In this document: positions 56,918 through 64,000 of the stretch, in pieces
How the letters are laid out: each line of letters starts with the position of its first letter
Position numbering within the stretch: the first letter of the stretch is position 1
From: Syntrophaceae bacterium
GTDB taxonomy: Bacteria; Desulfobacterota; Syntrophia; Syntrophales; Smithellaceae
Reading direction: 5' to 3'
Assembly (NCBI GenBank): GCA_018056765.1
Contig: JAGPFA010000011.1
Span: forward strand, 6,057 to 70,056
Length of the DNA stretch: 64,000 nucleotides
The notes under the pieces: model-generated
The model's database searches: none
Told to the model about the DNA's origin: nothing
The model's input: only the letters and a program-made list of their open reading frames with translations
Translations under genes and position numbers: made by a program

Positions 56918-58279
56918 ATGGAACAGATCAAAACATTTCTGGAGGAGAGAGAAATACCGCGTCAGTGGTACAATGTGATGGCAGACCTGCCCACTCCCAT
57001 GAAACCACCGCTGCATCCGGGTACAGGCCAGCCGATCAAACCCGAAGACATGGCGGCGATTTTCCCGATGAATATCATCGAGCAGGAAGCAACCACCCAA
57101 AGATGGATCGACATTCCCGAAGAAGTGCTCCAGAAATATCTCCTGTGGCGCCCCTCTCCCCTGTATCGTGCGCGCAACTTCGAAAAGCTGCTGGGCTGCC
57201 CGGTGAAGATTTATTACAAAAATGAAGGTGTAAGCCCGGCCGGCTCTCACAAACCAAACGCGGCCATTCCGATGGCGTATTTTAACAAAGTAGCCGGAAC
57301 CAAACGCATCACCACGGAAACCGGCGCCGGTCAGTGGGGTTCGGCCCTGGCGATGGCCTGTCAGATGTTCGGCCTTCCCTGCCGTGTTTATATGGTGCGC
57401 ATCAGCTATGACCAGAAACCCTACCGCCGGATGATGATGAATGCCTGGGGGGCCGAATGTCTGGCAAGTCCGACTAATCTGACTCAGGCGGGCCGCAGTG
57501 TATTGGCTGAGCACCCTGATTCTCCCGGTTCTCTGGGCATTGCCATCAGCGAGGCGATCGAAGATGCGGTGACCACGCCCAACACAAAATACGCTCTGGG
57601 AAGTGTGTTGAACCACGTCCTTTTGTACCAGTCGATTATCGGCCTCGAGGCTCAGAAGCAGATGGCAAAATTGGGAGAATATCCGGATGTCGTCATGGGC
57701 TGCTGCGGTGGAGGAAGTAACTTCGCGGGGCTTGCGCTGCCCTATGTTTCCGATTTGTTCACAGGTAAGAACGTCAAGATCGTAGGGGCGGAGCCGACTT
57801 CCTGCCCGACAATGACCAAAGGACCGTTTGCCTACGATTTCGGCGATCTGGCCAAATCCACACCGCTTCTGCCCATGTACACGCTGGGGCATGACTATAT
57901 CCCTGCTCCGATTCACGCGGGCGGACTGCGCTATCACGGCATGGCGCCCATCATCAGCCATCTGGTGCGTGAGAATTTTATCGAGCCCAGGGCCTACGAT
58001 CAGCTCAAAACCTTCGACGCGGGTATCAAATGGGCGCGCTCCGAAGGATTCATTCCCGCACCGGAAACAAACCACGTGATCGCGGCCGTGGTGGATGAGG
58101 CGATGCGCGCCAAAGAAGAAGGGAAAGAGAAAGTCATCCTCTTCAACTGGAGCGGCCATGGCCTGGTGGATCTGTCGGCATACGACGCCTATCTGTCCGG
58201 AAAGCTTCAGGCCTATGAACTGCCGGATGAGGAGATTGAAAAGGCGCTCTTGGCCATTAAGGATTTCCCCAAACCATAA
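56918..58279 (+). CDS. trpB: Tryptophan synthase beta chain, TrpB2 (long, stand-alone) type
   Basis: 453 aa. KNEGVSPAGSHKPN (PLP-lysine), GAGQWGSALA, GCCGGGSNFAGL, and the N-terminal extension typical of TrpB2. Strong SD AAGGAGAG. No trpA or other trp genes are adjacent. Confidence 0.9.
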   Translation: MEQIKTFLEEREIPRQWYNVMADLPTPMKPPLHPGTGQPIKPEDMAAIFPMNIIEQEATTQRWIDIPEEVLQKYLLWRPSPLYRARNFEKLLGCPVKIYYKNEGVSPAGSHKPNAAIPMAYFNKVAGTKRITTETGAGQWGSALAMACQMFGLPCRVYMVRISYDQKPYRRMMMNAWGAECLASPTNLTQAGRSVLAEHPDSPGSLGIAISEAIEDAVTTPNTKYALGSVLNHVLLYQSIIGLEAQKQMAKLGEYPDVVMGCCGGGSNFAGLALPYVSDLFTGKNVKIVGAEPTSCPTMTKGPFAYDFGDLAKSTPLLPMYTLGHDYIPAPIHAGGLRYHGMAPIISHLVRENFIEPRAYDQLKTFDAGIKWARSEGFIPAPETNHVIAAVVDEAMRAKEEGKEKVILFNWSGHGLVDLSAYDAYLSGKLQAYELPDEEIEKALLAIKDFPKP

Positions 58280-58327
58280 CGTCAGATTTTCTTAATAAAA
58301 CGGCGATGAATAAAACCGCCGCTGCAA

Positions 58328-58370
58328 AAGCCGTCAGAGCAATAAATCTCTTGACGGCTTTTCTTTTTTT
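58328..58370 (+). terminator. Rho-independent terminator after trpB2
   Basis: Stem AAGCCGTCAGAG / CTCT(T)GACGGCTT with one bulge, followed by TTCTTTTTTT. Confidence 0.7.
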
Positions 58371-58387
58371 CGCCAAGCTGACACACG

Positions 58388-58645
58388 ATGGAAACACAGC
58401 ACGACTCAAAAATAACGCGTTGCCCGAAGCTGGGCGATGAAATCACTTTCTCATATTGCCTGCGTGAAGCCGGCGATCTGCCCTGCCCGCGTATTATCCG
58501 CTGCTGGCAGGCCGCGTTCGACGTAGTCAGTGTCCTCAGGGGGCGCCTCTCCGACAAACAATGGGAACTTTTTACAAGCGCCGTCCCTGAGAGCAAAATA
58601 AGCAATCTGGTCGATCTCATTGAGCAGGCCAAGAGACGGACATGA
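58388..58645 (+). CDS. Small 4-Cys hypothetical protein, stop overlapping the rarA start
   Basis: 85 aa containing RCPKLGDEITFSYC...LPCPRIIRCW (4 Cys). The TGA overlaps the ATG of rarA (ATGA at 58642-58645). No clear SD sequence. Confidence 0.45.
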   Translation: METQHDSKITRCPKLGDEITFSYCLREAGDLPCPRIIRCWQAAFDVVSVLRGRLSDKQWELFTSAVPESKISNLVDLIEQAKRRT

Positions 58646-59991
58646 AAAATCTAGATCTGTTCTCACAGGGAACACAAAACGACATCCTCGCAACCGCACC
58701 TCTGGCTGAGCGTATGAGACCGCAAACGCTCGATGAATATATCGGCCAGGAACATCTCACCGGCGCGGGCACACTGCTTCGCCACGCCATTTTGGAAGAC
58801 AGGCTTTTTTCCATGATTTTCTGGGGGCCGCCCGGTTCCGGGAAAACCACGCTGGCGCGCATCCTGGCCGGTGAAACGAAAGCCAATTTCGTCTCTTTTT
58901 CGGCCGTACTCTCCGGTGTCAAAGAAATCAGGCAGGTCATCGACGACGCCAAAGAGGTTTGGGAGGGCAAAAAGAAAAAAACTATTCTGTTCGTCGATGA
59001 AATCCATCGTTTCAACAAAGCTCAACAGGACGCTTTTTTACCGCACGTCGAAAGCGGCCTGATCACACTTGTCGGCGCAACAACCGAAAATCCTTCCTTC
59101 GAGGTCATCGCGCCTCTTCTTTCCCGTACGCGCGTCCTGACGCTCAAGCCATTTACCAATGACCATCTGCTGGCGATCCTCAGGCGCGCACTTGACGATA
59201 CTTCAAAGGGGCTGGGAACATTATCCATCCGTGCCGATGATGATGCGCTCGAATTCATCGCCGGTATTTCCGACGGAGATGCGCGCACCGCTTTGGGTAA
59301 CCTGGAGGCGGCCGCATCGCTGGTCAGCAGCCTGGCCGCCGGCGAGAGAATCATTACCGCCCAGGCAGCAAGAGAAGCGTTGGCAAAAAAGACTCTTTTA
59401 TACGACAAGGAAGGCGAAGAACATTACAATCTGATCTCCGCTTTTCATAAAAGCATGCGCGGCTCCGATCCGGATGCCACACTGTACTGGCTGGGACGCA
59501 TGCTCGCCGCCGGCGAGGACCCGATGTATATCCTGAGGCGCATGGTACGTTTCGCTTCCGAAGATGTGGGTAACGCCGACCCACAGGCTCTCGTCGTCAC
59601 CATGGCGGCCCAACAGGCCTTTCATTTCATCGGCCTGCCGGAGGGCGAGCTGCCCATCGCCCAGGCGGCTGTTTATCTGGCCACAGCGCCCAAAAGCAAT
59701 TCTTTGTACGCGGGCTACGGCCGCACCAAAGATTTAATCGCCAAAACCGGCTCGTTGCCTGTGCCGCTCCACATCCGCAACGCGCCGACAAAACTGATGA
59801 AGGAGCTGGACTACGGCAAGGGCTACCAGTATGCCCATGATTATCCGGATGCATTTGTCGCCCAGGAGTATCTGCCGGAAAAACTGCAAGGAACGGTTCT
59901 TTATTCCCCGAAAGACTCAGGCTTTGAAAAAACTATCGGGGAGAGAATCGCCGCGTGGCGTACACAAAAAGCCGCCCAGGTAAAGAAATAA
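58642..59991 (+). CDS. rarA: Replication-associated recombination protein A (AAA+ ATPase)
   Basis: Walker A GPPGSGKTT, Walker B LFVDEIHRFNK, GATTENPSF, and the MgsA C-terminal domain (HYNLISAFHKSMRGSDPDA...YWL.RML). Confidence 0.9.
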   Translation: MKNLDLFSQGTQNDILATAPLAERMRPQTLDEYIGQEHLTGAGTLLRHAILEDRLFSMIFWGPPGSGKTTLARILAGETKANFVSFSAVLSGVKEIRQVIDDAKEVWEGKKKKTILFVDEIHRFNKAQQDAFLPHVESGLITLVGATTENPSFEVIAPLLSRTRVLTLKPFTNDHLLAILRRALDDTSKGLGTLSIRADDDALEFIAGISDGDARTALGNLEAAASLVSSLAAGERIITAQAAREALAKKTLLYDKEGEEHYNLISAFHKSMRGSDPDATLYWLGRMLAAGEDPMYILRRMVRFASEDVGNADPQALVVTMAAQQAFHFIGLPEGELPIAQAAVYLATAPKSNSLYAGYGRTKDLIAKTGSLPVPLHIRNAPTKLMKELDYGKGYQYAHDYPDAFVAQEYLPEKLQGTVLYSPKDSGFEKTIGERIAAWRTQKAAQVKK

Positions 59992-60422
59992 AAAACGGGA
60001 GGCCGGTTTGACGACCTCCCAGGGAGAGAAGATGAAGGGTTGGAAACCTTCTGGGTTATTTTTGCTGTCGGCTAATCATGCCCGTAATTTTTTAGTCGAC
60101 GCTAACTTTTCCATTCTGCTTCTTTTTAAGCATAGAGCATGCCATAATTTTTACAAGAGATCCAGACTATTGATTTAACTAAATATTTCACCAAATCCCC
60201 GCTTGAGAGCCAAACGGGCAAAATTAGCCCAGCCGGCAATAAGTGTCGGAACAATTTCCTTCCCGTACAAAAAAGCCAAATAAATACAATTATATATAAA
60301 AACGACAAGAAACGCCCTCGCTCGACAAAAATGTCGAAAGCTCTGCTATTTACCGTTGACATTTATCTTCAATAGTTTAAGATGCCCACAACTTTAGTAA
60401 GGTCATCTTTATTTGGATTTTT

Positions 60423-62198
60423 ATGAGATTTTTACGAAAAAGCGAAACTATTTGGCGTACTACACGCGCCTATGACGGCAGTTTTCTTCAGCCGATTGCC
60501 GTCGGCCTTGTTTCGGCGATTTTGGTCACGCTGATTCTCATCATGGGCTTTCTCGACATGAGGCGCGGCGAGACCAATCTCATCGGCCTGATGGAAGACC
60601 AGGCCCTCTCCACGGTCGCTGTTTTGCAGCGCCTGACAGAAGAAAATCACAAAAGGATTACTGCACGGGCCCCAAAGTCACCCCTGAAAGAAAAATCTGC
60701 CCGTGAGGAAGAAGATGATTTTATTAAAAAATATTTTTCCGAAGCCATCACTGCATTGACCTGGAAATTATATTACGAACACAAAAAGCAAAATATCATT
60801 GACAATGAGTATCTAAAAAAATTCGCCGCAGACAACCATCTTTGGTACGTGGGCATACTTGACCGCCAAGGCAACGCAATCTTCCAAAGCAGGGACCTGC
60901 TAGCGGATGAAGCCGAACTGCTCCCTGGCGGGATAAACCTAACTACCTTGACTGCATTGGGAATGCTCCAGGAAATCCGGAAGATCGGTTTTCTCGCCCT
61001 CAAACGTCATGATGAAGATGACATCATTGTGCTCACGCTCGACAAACATAGTGCTGCGTATTGGGGATTGAAGGTTGCCGTCGAACGGGCAATCGATAAA
61101 ATGGGGGAAGGCAATGGGGTTATCTATCTGCAGATTTTCGACAATAAGGGTCAACTTCTGAGCATGACCGGCTCCATGCCGGAAGAGCTCCTGGGGAAAG
61201 ATATTGGACAAGGTGGCATTCTGTCGGGCAAGGAAAAGATAAAAACCAGAAAATTGGACACTAATAGCGCAAAAATACTAGATATAATGACTCCTTTTTT
61301 CATTCATGAAAAAATTGAGGGGTATGTGCGCATCGGCCTTGATCGAAGCTCGATGGATACCATCATGGTTGAGAACCGCCAGAATATCGTGATTTTCATG
61401 CTGCTCGTAGTCGTCATCGCTCTTGTTTCCATGTGGCTTTTATACCGTGACCAGAACCGCCATCTGTCCGGTATAATCGACATGGAGCGACGCCTGGAAA
61501 AAGCGGAGCGCCTCTCCTCACTGGGTATGCTTGCGGCCGGCGTCGCGCATGAAATCCGTAACCCGTTAAACGCTATCAGTATGGCCGCCCAAAGACTCAA
61601 AAGAGATTTCGTTCCGGCCGATGAAATGAAATCCGCTGAATTCCAGAATCTTTCCGGCGTTGTCCGCGACGAAATCCGGCGGCTAAACGCAATTATTGAA
61701 GAGTTTCTCTCATTTTCAAAAAGCAGACGATTGGAGTTGAGCGACTTTTCCGTCACGGAAATTTTACAAAAAATCGTCCAACTGGTAAGGGAAGAGGCTG
61801 TTTCACGAAATATCATACTGGAAACCAAGTGGCCCTCCACACCGATGATCATCCCTATGGATATCAACAAGCTGCAGCAGGCCTTCCTGAATTTTATAAA
61901 AAACAGCATGGAATCCATATCCGGAAAGGGCAGAATCACCATCAAGGTGGAAAAGCAAGGGAAAGATAACATTGTGGTGAGTATCTCCGACACCGGTTGC
62001 GGCATGAGCGAAGAGGAAATGGAAAAAATCTTCAACCCGGAATATACGACAAAGGAAAAAGGTCTGGGACTGGGAATGCCTCTGGCCATGGAAATTATCC
62101 GCGGCCACGGGGGTGATGTGCGCGTCATCAGCAGGCGCGGTCTGGGTACTACTTTTGAAATTCTCCTGCCGGTGAAGAGAAGCGGCGGACAAAATTAA
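60423..62198 (+). CDS. Sensor histidine kinase (membrane-anchored, NtrB/AtoS-like)
   Basis: Two TM segments flank a ~270-aa periplasmic region. H-box AHEIRNPLNAI, N-box FLNFIKNSMES, and G-boxes DTGCGM and GLGLGM. Confidence 0.85.
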   Translation: MRFLRKSETIWRTTRAYDGSFLQPIAVGLVSAILVTLILIMGFLDMRRGETNLIGLMEDQALSTVAVLQRLTEENHKRITARAPKSPLKEKSAREEEDDFIKKYFSEAITALTWKLYYEHKKQNIIDNEYLKKFAADNHLWYVGILDRQGNAIFQSRDLLADEAELLPGGINLTTLTALGMLQEIRKIGFLALKRHDEDDIIVLTLDKHSAAYWGLKVAVERAIDKMGEGNGVIYLQIFDNKGQLLSMTGSMPEELLGKDIGQGGILSGKEKIKTRKLDTNSAKILDIMTPFFIHEKIEGYVRIGLDRSSMDTIMVENRQNIVIFMLLVVVIALVSMWLLYRDQNRHLSGIIDMERRLEKAERLSSLGMLAAGVAHEIRNPLNAISMAAQRLKRDFVPADEMKSAEFQNLSGVVRDEIRRLNAIIEEFLSFSKSRRLELSDFSVTEILQKIVQLVREEAVSRNIILETKWPSTPMIIPMDINKLQQAFLNFIKNSMESISGKGRITIKVEKQGKDNIVVSISDTGCGMSEEEMEKIFNPEYTTKEKGLGLGMPLAMEIIRGHGGDVRVISRRGLGTTFEILLPVKRSGGQN

Positions 62199-62214
62199 GC
62201 AGGGGCTGAAAACC

Positions 62215-63573
62215 ATGAGACAACTCGATATCCTGATTGTCGAAGACGGCCGTTCCCAGCGGGAAATGCTGCGCGATTTTCTCGTCTCCGAGGGCCATCG
62301 GGTGATGGAGGCGGAAAACGGGGAATCTGCAATAAGAACAGCTACCGCCAATCATTTCGATCTGGTTTTGCTTGATTACAAAATGCCGGGCATGAACGGC
62401 CTGGAAGTGCTCAAAGAAGTCAAAAAAATCAACCGGGAAATCGATGTCGTCATCATTACCGCCTACGGCACCATCGAAACTGCGGTGGAAGCCATCAAGG
62501 CTGGCGCGATCGACTATATCACCAAGCCGGTCGAGCTCGATGAACTGCTTCTTTTGCTGGAGCGTATCACAGAGAGGCGTGGGCTCATCCGCGAAAACGA
62601 GCTTTTAAAGAAAGAGCTCGAAAAACACAGCGTCACGACAGGGAAAATAATTTACAAAAGCCCGCGCATGATTGAACTGGTCAACATGGCCAGCCGCGTC
62701 GCGGCCAGCCGTGCCTCTGTGCTCATTCAGGGAGAAAGCGGCACCGGCAAGGAAGTAATGGCCCGCCTCATTCATCAATTAAGTCCCCGCGCCCATAAAC
62801 CACTTATTGTCGTCAACTGTGGCGCGCTGCCGGAAAATCTGCTGGAGAGTGAACTCTTCGGCCATGAAAAAGGAGCGTACACCGGGGCCGGGTCGCGCCG
62901 TATCGGGCGCTTCGAGGAGGCCGACGGCGGCACTCTTTTTCTTGATGAAATCGGCGAGCTCAGCCCCGCCATTCAGGTCAAACTGTTGAGGTTTCTTCAG
63001 GAGCGCGAGATATCACGTCTGGGCAGCAATCTCACCATCTCCGTGGATGTACGCATCATCAGCGCCAGCAATCGCGACCTCGACGCCATGGTCAAGGAAG
63101 AAACGTTTCGTGAGGATCTTTTTTATCGCCTGAAAGTAGTCGCCCTGTCGCTTCCGCCGCTGCGCGAAAGAAAAGAGGACCTGCCGGCACTCATCGATCA
63201 TTTTCTGGAGAAGTTTGCCGCAGAAAACGGCAAAATCATCAAGGGAGTCACCTCCGAAGCACGCGACATGCTTATAAAATACGACTATCCGGGAAACGTC
63301 AGAGAGCTCGTCAACATTATCGAAAGGGCCGTCGTCATCGCCCGTGACGAGTACATCAGCATTGACGACCTTCCTTTTAAAAGCGTTGCCGTGGAAACAG
63401 CGGCAGAAAAATCACACGGCACGCTGCGGGATTCGCTCGAAGAACTGGAAAGGCGGCTGATTTGTGAGGCCATGAACAAGGCATCCGATAACCAGACACG
63501 CGCCGCCGATATGCTGGGCATGTCCGAAAGAATGCTGCGCTATAAACTTAAAAAATATGATCTGAAAAATTAG
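62215..63573 (+). CDS. Sigma-54-dependent response regulator (NtrC/AtoC family)
   Basis: Receiver domain ([14 protein letters not shown]), then an AAA+ sigma-54 activation domain ([14 protein letters not shown] of the GAFTGA loop, [12 protein letters not shown]). A C-terminal Fis-type HTH follows ([19 protein letters not shown]). Confidence 0.9.
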   Translation: MRQLDILIVEDGRSQREMLRDFLVSEGHRVMEAENGESAIRTATANHFDLVLLDYKMPGMNGLEVLKEVKKINREIDVVIITAYGTIETAVEAIKAGAIDYITKPVELDELLLLLERITERRGLIRENELLKKELEKHSVTTGKIIYKSPRMIELVNMASRVAASRASVLIQGESGTGKEVMARLIHQLSPRAHKPLIVVNCGALPENLLESELFGHEKGAYTGAGSRRIGRFEEADGGTLFLDEIGELSPAIQVKLLRFLQEREISRLGSNLTISVDVRIISASNRDLDAMVKEETFREDLFYRLKVVALSLPPLRERKEDLPALIDHFLEKFAAENGKIIKGVTSEARDMLIKYDYPGNVRELVNIIERAVVIARDEYISIDDLPFKSVAVETAAEKSHGTLRDSLEELERRLICEAMNKASDNQTRAADMLGMSERMLRYKLKKYDLKN

Positions 63574-63678
63574 GCATCGATGCCTGCGACGTTTTCGGTG
63601 CCGCTTGTCGCCATGCCGCCGAAAAAGTACTTTAAGGCGGTTAGTCACAAGAAGACTGAATAAAACGGAGTCCCACAT

Positions 63679-64000
63679 ATGAACCGGTTGGCGAAAATTA
63701 TCGATTTCCATAGGCGCAAGCGTACCATCGCCAAGCTGTATAAAAAAGCTGTTGGCTGTAAACCAAACCTCGTCACCCCCTACTGCAGCACCGAAAAAAT
63801 ACAATACCGGAAGCTCTACGGCAATCATGCATTCTATGCTCTTCTGGCCGATAAGTACAAGGTACGCGAATATGTCGCCGGACGGGCAGGCACAAAGTAT
63901 CTGGTCCCCCTGTTGTCTGTATGTGAGGAACTAACGCCCGAAATACTAACGGCATTACCAACCCCTTTCATCATCAAATGCAACCACGGATGTAAATGGC
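63679..64000 (+). CDS. TupA-like ATP-grasp family protein (5' partial, continues beyond the window)
   Basis: I translated this ORF myself: MNRLAKIIDFHRRKRT...DKYKVREYVAGRAGTKYLVPLL...LPTPFIIKCNHGCKW. The KYxVRxYV...YLxPLL...FxxKxNHG pattern resembles TupA-like ATP-grasp proteins. An ACGGAG SD sequence lies upstream. Confidence 0.55.
   Translation, partial: MNRLAKIIDFHRRKRTIAKLYKKAVGCKPNLVTPYCSTEKIQYRKLYGNHAFYALLADKYKVREYVAGRAGTKYLVPLLSVCEELTPEILTALPTPFIIKCNHGCKW

Noticed and set aside
56903-58159. 418-aa ORF antisense to trpB2
   Set aside because: The plus-strand product has unmistakable TrpB motifs. The antisense translation is rich in Arg, His and Gly with no recognisable domain, which is typical of shadow ORFs in GC-rich genes.

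Overview
This is a 64-kb chromosomal segment from a diderm (Gram-negative) bacterium. Gene content (PEP-CTERM protein, sigma-54 two-component pair, ADP-forming acyl-CoA synthetase, many radical-SAM/Cys-rich proteins) suggests a Desulfobacterota/deltaproteobacterial-type genome, but that is inference only. All product calls rest on motifs I recognise in the supplied translations; no database search was possible.

Layout:
- 61-1186 (minus): an RNA-gene cluster, tadA, tRNA-Ser(GGA), tRNA-Ser(CGA) and SRP RNA.
- 1285-4427: a TonB-like gene and purL.
- 4.5-8.3 kb: the only clearly accessory stretch. It holds a PEP-CTERM protein and an AT-rich CapA-family cassette bounded by direct repeats, with a perfect 126-bp tandem duplication. 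The cassette abuts a truncated acyl-CoA synthetase gene and lies next to tRNA-Gln.
- 8.7-27.9 kb: mixed housekeeping genes (fadD-like, hldD, htrA, a radical SAM gene, an aminotransferase, an Mla/Pqi-like lipid transporter, yjbQ, suhB, rodZ-like, tatA, ssb, lysS).
- 27.9-50.7 kb: an uninterrupted same-strand envelope-biogenesis block, lolCD-bamA-skp-lpxD-lpxA-(gnnA/gnnB-like)-lpxB-msbA-lpxK-lpxL-waaF-gmhB-waaC-Wzi-like-Wzz-giant Wza-like.
- 50.8-64 kb: a C_GCAxxG protein, typA, an SBBP lipoprotein, a CBS protein, a stand-alone trpB2, rarA, a sigma-54 two-component system and a partial TupA-like ATP-grasp gene.

I did not find a clear multi-gene novel system. The most interesting signals readable directly from the sequence are:
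- a 19-codon leader ORF with four consecutive Trp codons plus a terminator/antiterminator upstream of trpB2;
- two arrays of a 7-bp repeat (CCTTTAG-like) flanking a hairpin in a convergent intergenic region;
- the repeat-bounded CapA cassette;
- a gnnA/gnnB-like pair inside the lipid A cluster;
- domain novelties in BamA, MlaE/MlaD and the Wza-like exporter.
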